Shown here one piece after another: positions 30,044-40,709 of a stretch of 64,000 nt of DNA. The first letter of the stretch is position 1, and every line of letters starts with the position of its first letter. Under the pieces are notes generated by a model, which was given only the letters and a program-made list of their open reading frames with translations, did not search any database and was not told the DNA's origin. This DNA is from Escherichia phage vB_EcoD-Elw, in the sequence record OR621298. One strand, written 5' to 3'. The position numbers and the translations under genes were made by a program.

Positions 30044-30465
30044 TATTTAGTTACCCCATCACTGATAAATACTTTACCCTCCATTATACGAAAGGAGCTA
30101 ATTGCAGATCCTATAACATCTCTAGTCATAATTATATCATAGTATCCTGCGAATCGCTGACGAGGGTTATATTTATCTCTATCTTTAGATGCTTTAGCCC
30201 CTATATTTTCCACAGATTCTACTGGCAAACTTATAGCTACAGCCCCTTGAGCAGCATCAATAATTTTAGTAGTAAAAGATGCCAATATCTCCGCATTCTC
30301 ATCTAGACTATTTTTTACAGTACCTCTTAGAGAATATCCAGTTAAGTTAACTGGGGTATCTGTAGACGGGTAAGTACTATCATCAACGTCTAAAAACTGC
30401 ATCATTAAACCATATGGTACATTTTCGTCTATTACTAAGTCTATAACTCTATTTTCAGTACTCAT
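30043..30465 (-). CDS. tail tip collar protein (p132-like)
   Basis: 140 aa; position between fibre and pb4-like gene matches T5 order as recalled. Confidence 0.5.
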   Translation of the reverse strand: MSTENRVIDLVIDENVPYGLMMQFLDVDDSTYPSTDTPVNLTGYSLRGTVKNSLDENAEILASFTTKIIDAAQGAVAISLPVESVENIGAKASKDRDKYNPRQRFAGYYDIIMTRDVIGSAISSFRIMEGKVFISDGVTK

Positions 30466-30468
30466 TAT

Positions 30469-32541
30469 TTACCTTATATGAATATACCCGTTTTGCAGGT
30501 CTATCTTCATTCTGTAATAGGCTTCCGGATTATCAGATAATGCAGCGTTTCTATCATAAATAACGTTAACACCGATCTGAGATAAGAAGGCATTATTTGC
30601 TACAATCTTACTGGCAGTTACCGTACCGTTAACTATCATATCACCATGCAGTACCATTGCTGGATTAATCCAACCGGAACCATTCCATTGACGAGTAAAC
30701 GCAGATTGCGGAGCATTACTATTAAACTCAGTCAATACGTCATATCTAACTGGTGGGCTACCAAAGTTATTCTGGAAGAAGGTATTAGCTTGCCCATCAT
30801 CCCAACCACCAAGACCTGGAATACCTAAGGAATACATGCCAGGACCTCTTTGCCCATCTGCACCGATAGTACCTTCAGTACCACTCCATTGAACTACATC
30901 AGACCAGCTAGTACCCGCAAGTAGCTTATTAGTTACTGGATCAAGCGTGCCTGTAGTCACATAGATATTTTGAGTCATATCTGTGCGATTAGGTGGGGTT
31001 TTAGACCAACCAGGAGGTGGATAATCTTGTTCTAGTGGTTTTGCTGGAAGTGCAGTTGCTAGCTTATAAACAAATACTGTTTGCTTGCCCTGTATACCTG
31101 TTTGGATATCTACATCGCCATTTGGTGTTCCAATTACTACACCACTAGAAATACGCAGAGTAGTACCATCATAACGAATCCATTGTGTAGCGTTACCAAT
31201 GTCTAATTTAGCTTTGGCAGAGGTATTATCCATACCCATCCAAATACCAGAGTTATTATCACCCCAAGATTTACCTTGAGTGTAAATTGCTGGGTTATCC
31301 TTACCAGATAAGTTGGTCATTATAAAATTCGCAGCGTTAATATCTCTAGTAATTACTTTACCATCAACGTTAACAACACGGTTTATAGGATCAAAAGAAA
31401 TAGGTGCTTTTCCCTCTTCATCTAGCAGACCAATGTTAATAGCCCCAGTAGCTGCGTCGATTAAGAATGTCTGTCTCCATATTTCTCCATCTTTCATGCT
31501 GCCCTTAATAAAGGCATAGTTAACATCAATACCCGTCTCATTGACAAAGCTGTTGTCTAGAGGGGTATCTTCATTTAATATAAATGTTACAGGAGCTGAT
31601 TCTGTTATATCTTGTTTATTTGGTCCCCAGGCAATTGACGAAACCTTAAAGGTATGTTCAACTTTCCACGGGAATGATATAATCGTTGCAGCTCTAGCAG
31701 CACCAACGTTTATCTTTTGAGCTTTAGTCCAGCCAGTCTTAGCGTATTCTTCAGAATTTATATAAGTAACCAAGAACTCACGAACATTAGCACCAGCTCC
31801 GCGTTCCCAATCCCACTCAATTCTAACATCATAGCGTTCTTTACCATCAGCAATTCGTGCAGCTTTAAAAACAATATTGATAGGTGCAGTAGGAGGAACA
31901 AAATTATAAGCTACTGTTAAAATATTAGGGAATTCATAGTACCCAGAGGAATCAACTGTAACACCATCAGGCATAGTTACTTGACCGGATATTCTGATCT
32001 TATAATCTCCGATAGGAACTCCACCAAATTTAATAGTAGAACCTAAAGCCCCCATGTAATACTTAGTCCAAGGACTGTCTTCAGTAGCTGTACTTTTTAA
32101 CTCAATAGTACAATAGCTCGCTTCACCAGTTGTTTCTACGACAACTATCGGTGCACCTACCCCAACATCCACAGGTTCTGATTCAGATCTTGCTGCAACA
32201 ATTGTTGGCTTCTCTTTTGTCTTAAAGTTGGTTTCATTAGATAGATTGATACCAATTTTAGCCTCTAGTAATTCAGAATCTATAATAGAATCATAAAAAG
32301 CCCCTTGAATCTCGTAAGAGGTTGAAGGGGTTAGATTATTAATCATTACGAAAAAAGTATCTATACCGGTATAATCACGTCTATCTATACTTTCTCCCCT
32401 CTTTAACCAAAAAGATCTACCAATAACATCATAGTCAGTATATATAGAGTGCTGGACATACGCCATTGTATATCCAGTCATTATACTATTTAAGACCATT
32501 TTGGCTGGTGCATTATTCGAAATCATTAAATGGATGCCCAC
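30469..32541 (-). CDS. central straight fibre / baseplate protein (pb4-like)
   Basis: 690 aa; synteny and size. Confidence 0.55.
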   Translation of the reverse strand: MGIHLMISNNAPAKMVLNSIMTGYTMAYVQHSIYTDYDVIGRSFWLKRGESIDRRDYTGIDTFFVMINNLTPSTSYEIQGAFYDSIIDSELLEAKIGINLSNETNFKTKEKPTIVAARSESEPVDVGVGAPIVVVETTGEASYCTIELKSTATEDSPWTKYYMGALGSTIKFGGVPIGDYKIRISGQVTMPDGVTVDSSGYYEFPNILTVAYNFVPPTAPINIVFKAARIADGKERYDVRIEWDWERGAGANVREFLVTYINSEEYAKTGWTKAQKINVGAARAATIISFPWKVEHTFKVSSIAWGPNKQDITESAPVTFILNEDTPLDNSFVNETGIDVNYAFIKGSMKDGEIWRQTFLIDAATGAINIGLLDEEGKAPISFDPINRVVNVDGKVITRDINAANFIMTNLSGKDNPAIYTQGKSWGDNNSGIWMGMDNTSAKAKLDIGNATQWIRYDGTTLRISSGVVIGTPNGDVDIQTGIQGKQTVFVYKLATALPAKPLEQDYPPPGWSKTPPNRTDMTQNIYVTTGTLDPVTNKLLAGTSWSDVVQWSGTEGTIGADGQRGPGMYSLGIPGLGGWDDGQANTFFQNNFGSPPVRYDVLTEFNSNAPQSAFTRQWNGSGWINPAMVLHGDMIVNGTVTASKIVANNAFLSQIGVNVIYDRNAALSDNPEAYYRMKIDLQNGYIHIR

Positions 32542-35375
32542 TCCACAGACTGTTCTCCATCATCTCCTTCTGCTCTAATACGAAAATATAGTTTTCTATT
32601 GATTCCTAGAGCATCACTATTATGAAGAGCAAAATCTGCCTTATTATACATTAATAAATAGTCATAAGTATACTGATTTTCAATACGTACACTTCTTAGC
32701 ATTCTATTCTGGGAATCATAGATTTCCAGAGTATAGAATATACTTTCTATTATATCTTCTTCGGGTATCCTATCCCAAGCTAGTTTTACATCTGGGCCTA
32801 CAAATTCAGTTACATCCCCAGAAGCCGTATTAGTTACCCTAAAATTAGATACTACGCTTAGGTTTTTAGCAGAGTTAAGTTCTATAGATAATGTTACTGG
32901 AGAGCTTCTTCTACCGTTTATATCCACAGCCCTTATTTCAAATATTGCTAAACCTGCGGGCTCTCCAATTATCTCTTGTATCATGCGTTCATTGGGATTT
33001 GTTTCTAGTTGCTGCACAATATAAGGTTCAGCATGACCGGAATGCACGATAGAGTAATAAACTACGTTATTAGTTAAGCTTGGAAGCCAAGATAACTCAC
33101 CATTTTTTCCTATAGAACCAACTAAACCACCTGGTGTCGGGGTATATTTAAAATCTCTAGGAGGAAGAACGTTGTTACTAATATCTGGTATATCATTACC
33201 ACTATTATCTACTTGATCAGAGTTGATAAATACATCTTCCCCATATTCCTGTAGAGTAACATTTATCTTTCCTTCTCTAGAGTTTTCTACTTCATCTACT
33301 AAAAAGTACTTCTTATCCCATCCGTAACGGTCGTATGTAAATGCAATAGCATCGTTAGGCTCAATACCAATGAATTGATATGGTAAAGAAAATGAGAGGG
33401 TTCTAGAATACCTAGATTTCTTAAGTTCTCTGTCTGCAAAACTTCTAGCAGTATAGTAGTTAGTTATATTTGCAAAAGATAATTGTAATTTTTTGTCTAA
33501 ATTTTTATCTTGTTCTTTATATTTAGAGTTGTAAAAGGTAATAGAGTTAGTTTTCCAGCTAAGAGCTGGGTCTACGATGGATGCTTGAACTGAGTTGAAT
33601 TTATTTCTACCAGTAGTATCTGATAGCTCTAAATCACCATAAGTATCCAGAAAATTAATCTCTAATGGAGTATTAGAATATTTTTCTACAGTAATCCTAT
33701 ATTGACCAGATAAGTTGTTAATAGCCCCACCGTAGGACTCTAGCAAACCTTGCACGTTTTTAAATACTGATTCAGACGTATCTAGAATAGTATTCATTTG
33801 TACTATTTGTCTATTTTCTGCTAATGGATCAGTCCACCCAACATATCTCCAGTATGGCTGCCAGGATACTTGGTAAGATTCATCTATAATATCTAAAATA
33901 GCTGCTTCCTGTATTAATTGCTGAAGGGGGAACTGATCAATGGTAATATTAGCGCCATATCTATCAGAGGTTAAGTAATCAAGTGTTTGCCAAATACCAT
34001 TTAAACTAGTACTATTAGCAGTTACTCTACCATCAGAATGATAGACTTTTACTTTTTTACCTTGAATTTCAGCACTAACTTCAGGAATCTCAGTCCTATT
34101 TTCATTAATAGTGAAACGCACCACTGCGTATGCAGTATCTAGTAGTTTATACCTAGCATCCCAGTACTCCGGTCCATTGCCATTCATATTCTGAAGGTAG
34201 AACCCACGTTCTTTAGCTATATCTACTAGTACTTCAGAAGCCGTTTGGTCAGGTTTTCCATGATACGTCCAAATCCTTATATCACCATTACCATCATTAT
34301 ACTTATATTCCTGACCATGCACAGAAGGACTACTAGAAGATATTCCTGATGCTATTCTTTGCATGGTGTCTCCGGCTACTTTTTTAACACCGAAACAGGT
34401 TCTAGCAGAGCTATCATTAGAGTCCATACAAATCATAGGGTTATCCCCAAAGGAAAAGTCAAGAAAACCGTCTATCTCTCCTTCAGCAAAAGCATATACT
34501 ACGTAAACTATATTAGGATTGTGTAATTCCGTATCCGCAAAAATAGGTATTCCAGGTATTTTCTGTACACCATAAACTACTGGTAGATACTTAGCAGCAA
34601 GGTTAAAGTCTATATCTACTTCTTTAGTAACAGTCTCGTAATACTTTTTAAGACTATAACTTCTAGATAGTCCAAATAGCTTTTTCTTAGACTTTAGCTT
34701 GTATCTTTCTTCCTGTACCTGATACTTTGCTAGAATAGAGATACTTTTATTGGCATGAAAGAAACCGTAGTCTTCTTGGTACTCAAGTCTTTTAGCCCCG
34801 TTAGATGGAAGTAATTGTCCTGCTACAACTTCAAGCCCTCTATGAGAAGCATCATCAGTAAATCTACCATTAACCCTATCAAAATCATAGAATTGGTTAG
34901 AACAATTCCAAGTAATTGTGGAGGTTCCAACTCCCGAAGTGCTAATATTATCCTTAATACCCCCACCAGTAATTCTACCTCTAAAGTATAATAAAGGCCC
35001 ATTTGTGTCTGGGTCTACAGGTAAAATAGAACCATCTTCTGTAATAATTGCTTGGTGAATTGATACTAATCTATCTAAAAAAGACACACCATTCTGCACT
35101 AATTTCAGTACTTCATCATGCGCTGTACCTGTAATAGTAAAAGATAGGCTGCCAATAGATAAATCTCTATTTTGTTTATGTGTGCTAATAGACTTAACTT
35201 TACCGGCCTGGTACAAAATACCATTATATAGTACATCTCTAAAATAGTCAGTTAAGTAAATAAAAGCAGTACTAGTACCAGTAGAGCCGGGTAATTCTAG
35301 AGAAATTAGACTAGCAGTTTTTATTCTGCTATTATTTTTTAAGTAGTTTCTAGCACTATCTAATATTTTTTTCAT
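32526..35375 (-). CDS. baseplate hub protein (pb3-like)
   Basis: 949 aa; synteny and size. Confidence 0.6.
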   Translation of the reverse strand: MKKILDSARNYLKNNSRIKTASLISLELPGSTGTSTAFIYLTDYFRDVLYNGILYQAGKVKSISTHKQNRDLSIGSLSFTITGTAHDEVLKLVQNGVSFLDRLVSIHQAIITEDGSILPVDPDTNGPLLYFRGRITGGGIKDNISTSGVGTSTITWNCSNQFYDFDRVNGRFTDDASHRGLEVVAGQLLPSNGAKRLEYQEDYGFFHANKSISILAKYQVQEERYKLKSKKKLFGLSRSYSLKKYYETVTKEVDIDFNLAAKYLPVVYGVQKIPGIPIFADTELHNPNIVYVVYAFAEGEIDGFLDFSFGDNPMICMDSNDSSARTCFGVKKVAGDTMQRIASGISSSSPSVHGQEYKYNDGNGDIRIWTYHGKPDQTASEVLVDIAKERGFYLQNMNGNGPEYWDARYKLLDTAYAVVRFTINENRTEIPEVSAEIQGKKVKVYHSDGRVTANSTSLNGIWQTLDYLTSDRYGANITIDQFPLQQLIQEAAILDIIDESYQVSWQPYWRYVGWTDPLAENRQIVQMNTILDTSESVFKNVQGLLESYGGAINNLSGQYRITVEKYSNTPLEINFLDTYGDLELSDTTGRNKFNSVQASIVDPALSWKTNSITFYNSKYKEQDKNLDKKLQLSFANITNYYTARSFADRELKKSRYSRTLSFSLPYQFIGIEPNDAIAFTYDRYGWDKKYFLVDEVENSREGKINVTLQEYGEDVFINSDQVDNSGNDIPDISNNVLPPRDFKYTPTPGGLVGSIGKNGELSWLPSLTNNVVYYSIVHSGHAEPYIVQQLETNPNERMIQEIIGEPAGLAIFEIRAVDINGRRSSPVTLSIELNSAKNLSVVSNFRVTNTASGDVTEFVGPDVKLAWDRIPEEDIIESIFYTLEIYDSQNRMLRSVRIENQYTYDYLLMYNKADFALHNSDALGINRKLYFRIRAEGDDGEQSVEWASI

Positions 35376-35986
35376 AGACTTTCCCGTAAATTTAATGAGA
35401 TGTTGGAGTATGTTCCGTTATTATTTAGTGTAGATCCAAAAGCATCACCATTCATGAGTTTTGTTCTAAATAGTATTCCATTAAATACTGGCTTCTCCGC
35501 TCCAGTAGTAGTTATAAATAAATCAGGGTATAAGTTTATAGACCATGTATTACCTGATTTGTTAAATGATGTTATTTTATATACTTTTGGGTGGTTAGAC
35601 AGCTTAAATAGATCCCCCGGTTTTGGAGTACCTGTAAGAAGTCCTTTTGTATCCATAGTTATATTAGAACCCTTCTGTCCAGCAGGTATATTTACTAGAC
35701 TAGTATTACCTCTAACTCTAAAAGCTTCGTATTGGGGTAATATAACATCTATATAACCACCAGTCCTTTTGTATTCTAGAATAAAAGCATCTAGAACACT
35801 ATATTCATCTGGAAATAATTCTGGATAAGAAATATTTATACCCCAGTATTGAGCAGATACCTTAACTTCGTTAACTTTACCATTTGGTAACTCATCACGA
35901 ATTACTGGGTCATTATCAATCAGGTTAACACTTTCGAATCCTAAGCCTGAAAGTTCTGGATTCGTGTATGGGTCTGGTAATCTCAT
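35372..35986 (-). CDS. distal tail protein (pb9-like)
   Basis: 204 aa; immediately downstream of the tape measure gene. Confidence 0.55.
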   Translation of the reverse strand: MRLPDPYTNPELSGLGFESVNLIDNDPVIRDELPNGKVNEVKVSAQYWGINISYPELFPDEYSVLDAFILEYKRTGGYIDVILPQYEAFRVRGNTSLVNIPAGQKGSNITMDTKGLLTGTPKPGDLFKLSNHPKVYKITSFNKSGNTWSINLYPDLFITTTGAEKPVFNGILFRTKLMNGDAFGSTLNNNGTYSNISLNLRESL

Positions 35987-36065
35987 AGTTAATTTCTCCT
36001 CTTTAATAACAATATTATAATAGTATTAGAAAATTTTATCAAGAAATTTTTATTTTTCCATAAAG

Positions 36066-36092
36066 AAAAGGAGGACTCAAAGTCCTCCTCCA
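36066..36092 (-). terminator. rho-independent terminator downstream of the tape measure gene
   Basis: ggaggact/agtcctcc stem; on the minus strand it is followed by a U-tract. Confidence 0.6.
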
Positions 36093-36095
36093 GTT

Positions 36096-39000
36096 TTAAG
36101 AATTTCCTAATGTTTTCAGACTAGCACCGTTCTCATTCAGAGCTAATTCTACTGCGTCTCTTAGAGCACCACTATTACTAGAAGCAAACTCTCTAAAACT
36201 TGCAGCATCCATAGCACTAATATTCAAGATGATAGGTCTTCCTGAAGTTGAGTTAGATGAGGTTTTTAGCTCATCATTAGGCGTAGCTTTCATAGGAACC
36301 ATAGGGGTAACTACTTCTGTACCATGCTCACCCATTTGATAGCTAACCCCAGGGTACATATTACCACCCTCAGCACGAGGAACGAAAGAGTTAGCACCGC
36401 CTATGCCTTTATCACCACGGATATAAGATAATTCACCAGCATTAGCAGACATAGACACATCTATATTCTTCTGACGCTCTCCTAAGGTTAGGTAACTAGT
36501 TGTATCCGCTCCAGAATCAGCAATACTTGACATACCAGATGCAGAAGATGCTTGTGCTAATGCCAATGCACCCGCTAAACCTGCCGCAACCATTAGTGGA
36601 ATAGAGAACGGATATGGAACAGCGGTGGCTGCCTGCATTACAGCTACTGCAGTTTGGATGATAATCTGCTTCTTAGCTGCGTCTTGTTGAATCTTCAGCT
36701 TTTCAGCTTCCAACTTCTTCAACTTAGCTTTAGATGCTTCTGATTTACCATCACGTTTCTGCTCTGCTGCAATAGCCTGATCAATTGCACTAACCTGCTG
36801 GTTGGTACTATACTGTATCATAGAAGATACGGTTTGCATACCAGAAGCAATCAGGGAAGTAGTATCTAAAGACCCCTGGGAGAACTGGATCATGGCATTA
36901 GTTAGATTACCCATACTTTGAGCCACAGCGGTTGCTTCAGAGTTTAGCTCAGATAATTTAGAGATTGCCTGGTCATAAGAAGCCATTCTATTTTGCATAT
37001 CAGCAAAATCTTTATCTTCTCCAGATAGTCCAGTTGTAGGAGTATATACAGCACCTACAGAAGATCCAACAGAAGCTTGCATCTCCGCATTTCTCTGTGC
37101 CCTTAAACCTGCTAGTTGTGCCCTAGTTTCAGCTATCTTTTTATTATACTCCGCTTGTGCCGCAGCATTACCTAATGTTTTCTGCTTTAAGTCTTCATAT
37201 AATTTTAGCTGTTCCTGTAAGCGCTCCGCATTTCCCATTAATGGTTTAGTAGTAAATTGTCTTTGCTGTTCTTCCTCTCTACCAGCAGCCATTGAAGCAA
37301 TCTGATCTTGGCGGAATTTCCAGATTTCACGTTCAATTTGGGCTTGAGCACGTCTAGACTGTTCCGCCTCCTTCTGTTTATCAGCTTGTTTTGTATACCA
37401 TTCGTACTTCTCTTTTTCAATGGTCAATTCAAGATTTAACTGTGCTAGACGATACTGAGTATCTGTCATAGTACGGTTATTTAAGAGAGCTATCTCACGA
37501 TCTACACCCAGGATTTTATCTGTATAATCCTTAACCTTCTTCTGGGCCTCCATACCCTGATTGGTAAGTTTAAGTTTCTCCAGCTGAATTTTTTCAATTT
37601 CTTTCTCAACAGCTTTATTTCCCTGGTTTGTTTGAAGAACACGGCGTAAAGCAGCTTCTTGCTCTTCTAACTGTTGGAGTTCTAAACGCCTACCGGCTTC
37701 CTGTGCTTTTTCTTTATCCTTAGTTTGGTTATATACATCAGCTATCTTCTGTTGAACTGCTAACTGATTTTTAGTTTCATTACCAGTTAGTTTAACATAC
37801 TCAGATAGAGCCTGAGATGCAGTTTTCATTTCAGACAGGGTGTTATAACCCAGATTAAGGTTTTTAACATATTCATCAGCACTCTTACCAGTACCTAGAG
37901 ATAGAGATTCTATGTTTTTTATAGCATCTGCTAAAGTAGCACTAGTTTTAGCAGCAGTATCTGTATTCTGAGCAACGTTCTGTATGTCATTAGCTAAGTC
38001 ACTAGCCGTTTTCTTAGTCTGATTGTACGCTTTCTGCTGCTCAGTTAGTCCTTTTAATACAGTAGAGTTAAAATCGTATACAGCATCAGGATCAGTAGTA
38101 TCTCTCTGTAGATTAATTTGCTTCTGAAACTCTGGACTAGCCTTTGCAGCAGCGGCCCCAGCAGCTTGATACGCTGATTTCCAAGCATTGAGATTCTCTG
38201 TAGAATCCTCTACTTCCTTACCAAGTCTAGTTACTTGTAGACCCATAGCTGCAGTTTCTGCTACAAATTGCTTATTGGCCTCCGAAGCACCTGCTGCTGC
38301 AAGACCAACAGGAATACCTTCACCAACTTGACGTATAGCTAATTTTGTATAGAAATCTGCTTGTTCCATTCGTTTATCGAACTCAGATTTTAGCTTATTA
38401 CGCTTATCAAGAGATTCCTTATACATATCTAGAGCTTTATTATACCCTTCTTCAGAAGCGGCTAAACTTAAAGCAACAGCACCAACGTTGGTAGGATCTA
38501 TCTGTCTATTAGTTTTTTCTTGAGCTCTAGCTGCTTCAGCAGATACAGAAGCCTGAGAAGTATAAAATACTGTGTTGATAGCATCAATTACGGGCCCTAA
38601 GTATTTAGCAGCAGCCTGCTGAATCTTTCTCAGTGCGGCATCAGCATTAGCGGCAAATTGCTCCCACGGAGTAGCACGTAAAACTTCATCTAAGTAGCCA
38701 AAACGTTTAGTAGACTCTGCTATAACAGCATTAGCATACGCCTGCTGTTTCTGGAAAGTAGTAAGGCTGTTAATATTATATGTTATACCTGTGTTTGCAG
38801 CATTTAACTGCTTAACGTAATCAGCATAAGCATCATTAAGACGAATAGTAACACCAAGTTCATCCAGAAGTTCGATTTCTTGTTTAGATACACCCTTAAT
38901 TACACGGTTAAGTGCATCAGTCATATCAACGCCAAGAACAGCAGCAGCACGACGAGCTACTAAACCAAATTTATTAAGTTGTTCGGCGTCAAATCCATAA

Positions 39001-39776
39001 GCGGACGCTGAGGATGCTTGCCTCATAGCTTCTTCAAAAGAGATTGCATAGCCAGCTGCCTCTTGTAGTGATCTAGCAAGGGACTGAACAGGAGTACCTG
39101 TCTGAGTACCTACTATAACACCAAATTTTTCTAGACGATTTAGCTGATCACCTAGTTTAAGTTGTTCAAATGCTGATTGCAAAACGAAGATGTTGGAAGC
39201 AAGAGCTGCGTACATAATAGGTAGACTACCACCGATCTTAGCCATTGCCGCAAAATCACGAGTTGCACCACGTGCTGAACCAGAAGTATTACCAATAGCT
39301 CTAGAAGCTCTACCAGCGGCACCAGCAGTATCATTAAAACCCCTAGCTGTGCCACCTAATGCTCTATTAGTATCATATAATCTATCCTGGACTTTTTCTG
39401 TTGCAGCTGCAACATCATTACCCATTGTTTTAACAGATCTAGAAACTCCATCGAATCCAATTTCTAGTTTATCTGTTACTTCAATAAGCTGGATAGCCAG
39501 GTAGTCTAGCTTATCACCAATACCATCAATGGATTTAGTGATACCAGCCATACCCCTACTAGCTTGCATTTTAGTAAGACTTTTCGCTGCTCTATCTGCT
39601 GCCCTCTCAATGGAATAAAGAGTTCTGGGCATTTTACCTAACTGCTCATTTGTCAGTTCGGAAGCAGCAGCAGCATTTTCCAACGCATCAGATACGTTTT
39701 CAATAGACTTTGCAGTACGAGTTGCCCCCTTCTGTTTAACGTCTATTAGTAATTCTCGTATTAGCTTATCAGTCAT
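36096..39776 (-). CDS. tail tape measure protein (pb2-like)
   Basis: 1226 aa; long Ala/Gln-rich coiled-coil; largest ORF in the tail module. Confidence 0.8.
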   Translation of the reverse strand: MTDKLIRELLIDVKQKGATRTAKSIENVSDALENAAAASELTNEQLGKMPRTLYSIERAADRAAKSLTKMQASRGMAGITKSIDGIGDKLDYLAIQLIEVTDKLEIGFDGVSRSVKTMGNDVAAATEKVQDRLYDTNRALGGTARGFNDTAGAAGRASRAIGNTSGSARGATRDFAAMAKIGGSLPIMYAALASNIFVLQSAFEQLKLGDQLNRLEKFGVIVGTQTGTPVQSLARSLQEAAGYAISFEEAMRQASSASAYGFDAEQLNKFGLVARRAAAVLGVDMTDALNRVIKGVSKQEIELLDELGVTIRLNDAYADYVKQLNAANTGITYNINSLTTFQKQQAYANAVIAESTKRFGYLDEVLRATPWEQFAANADAALRKIQQAAAKYLGPVIDAINTVFYTSQASVSAEAARAQEKTNRQIDPTNVGAVALSLAASEEGYNKALDMYKESLDKRNKLKSEFDKRMEQADFYTKLAIRQVGEGIPVGLAAAGASEANKQFVAETAAMGLQVTRLGKEVEDSTENLNAWKSAYQAAGAAAAKASPEFQKQINLQRDTTDPDAVYDFNSTVLKGLTEQQKAYNQTKKTASDLANDIQNVAQNTDTAAKTSATLADAIKNIESLSLGTGKSADEYVKNLNLGYNTLSEMKTASQALSEYVKLTGNETKNQLAVQQKIADVYNQTKDKEKAQEAGRRLELQQLEEQEAALRRVLQTNQGNKAVEKEIEKIQLEKLKLTNQGMEAQKKVKDYTDKILGVDREIALLNNRTMTDTQYRLAQLNLELTIEKEKYEWYTKQADKQKEAEQSRRAQAQIEREIWKFRQDQIASMAAGREEEQQRQFTTKPLMGNAERLQEQLKLYEDLKQKTLGNAAAQAEYNKKIAETRAQLAGLRAQRNAEMQASVGSSVGAVYTPTTGLSGEDKDFADMQNRMASYDQAISKLSELNSEATAVAQSMGNLTNAMIQFSQGSLDTTSLIASGMQTVSSMIQYSTNQQVSAIDQAIAAEQKRDGKSEASKAKLKKLEAEKLKIQQDAAKKQIIIQTAVAVMQAATAVPYPFSIPLMVAAGLAGALALAQASSASGMSSIADSGADTTSYLTLGERQKNIDVSMSANAGELSYIRGDKGIGGANSFVPRAEGGNMYPGVSYQMGEHGTEVVTPMVPMKATPNDELKTSSNSTSGRPIILNISAMDAASFREFASSNSGALRDAVELALNENGASLKTLGNS

Positions 39777-39778
39777 GT

Positions 39779-39799
39779 TTTATTTTTCCCAATAAAAAA
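39779..39799 (-). promoter_or_regulatory. conserved 21-nt element (copy 1) just upstream of the tape measure start
   Basis: Minus-strand TTTTTTATTGGGAAAAATAAA, identical to the copy at 44795-44815, preceded by a GC hairpin. Confidence 0.5.
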
Positions 39800-39824
39800 G
39801 GCTCTGGGCAAATCACCCAGAGCC
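39787..39824 (-). terminator. terminator-like hairpin immediately upstream of the tape measure gene
   Basis: ggctctgg/ccagagcc stem followed (minus strand) by cttttttatt. Confidence 0.55.
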
Positions 39825-39859
39825 AAGCCTCATCGTGGAACGCCCATTGGAGGAAACTT

Positions 39860-40228
39860 TTACCGTGCACGAGATCTAGCATGTGGCTTAACGTTAGGAA
39901 TCCTTCCGTTTTGCGGTTTATGCTTCTCAGCACGTTTACGTGCAGCATCTACAGCTTTAGCATCAAATATATTGATAATGTGTAGAACAAATTCTTTCTC
40001 TATAGGATCAGTAATCCCATAAATATCAAATAAAACACCTAGAGCAGCCTTATCTTTACCTATAAAGATAGGAAAGTCACCTGGTATGAAGCAGTCAATT
40101 AGACTGTTATAAATATTCATACTAGTAGCTACAATAGGTGGAAAGTCTTCAAGTTCAACAGGCATGGCCTTAGGATCAGGCTCTATACCCATTGATTCAC
40201 AAAGTATTAAATATTGTTGTTTAGTCAT
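39860..40228 (-). CDS. putative tail assembly chaperone (downstream ORF of pair)
   Basis: 122 aa; directly upstream of the tape measure gene; no clear SD; its frame is open upstream into the preceding ORF. Confidence 0.45.
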   Translation of the reverse strand: MTKQQYLILCESMGIEPDPKAMPVELEDFPPIVATSMNIYNSLIDCFIPGDFPIFIGKDKAALGVLFDIYGITDPIEKEFVLHIINIFDAKAVDAARKRAEKHKPQNGRIPNVKPHARSRAR

Positions 40229-40289
40229 TTTAGATGCTGAGCTTTTAATACACTTATCTGCAAAATCAGCAATAGCATCTAGGAGTTCT

Positions 40290-40709
40290 TTACGCTTTTG
40301 GGCTACGAAAAGTGTCTAAGTGGAACACTGTCTGGTTGATCCAAGAATCAAACGCAGCAGAGTTCTGCATGAGCATTACAGCATTATCGCGGCTAAAAGG
40401 AACTTCAGTAGCAGGATCAGCATCTGTTTCAATCAGCATCAGTTTTTCAACGTCACCTACAGTCAAACCGGTCCAACCTTTAATAGCTGCGTCAACGAAG
40501 GCTTCAATGAACTTATCATCATCCTGTACCTGAATCAAAGTACCATTAACCCATTCATCGCGTTTAGCAGAAGAAATAACACGTTTAGAGGTAGCACGAG
40601 ACATATAGTTAAGTTCTAATTTAAAGTTCGGCATACCTGGGTAGGAAAGAGTAATAGTACGAGTATCAAGAGTAATATCTTTTAAATTAATCATTTTTAA
40701 TTTCTCCAA
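40290..40709 (-). CDS. putative tail assembly chaperone (upstream ORF of pair)
   Basis: 139 aa; position between tail tube module and tape measure. Confidence 0.45.
   Translation of the reverse strand: MEKLKMINLKDITLDTRTITLSYPGMPNFKLELNYMSRATSKRVISSAKRDEWVNGTLIQVQDDDKFIEAFVDAAIKGWTGLTVGDVEKLMLIETDADPATEVPFSRDNAVMLMQNSAAFDSWINQTVFHLDTFRSPKA

Noticed and set aside
40290-40320. Canonical -1 programmed frameshift at the CCCAAAA heptamer ending the upstream chaperone ORF
   Set aside because: A -1 slip enters a frame that terminates after seven codons (PKSVKNS-stop) and does not reach the downstream ORF.
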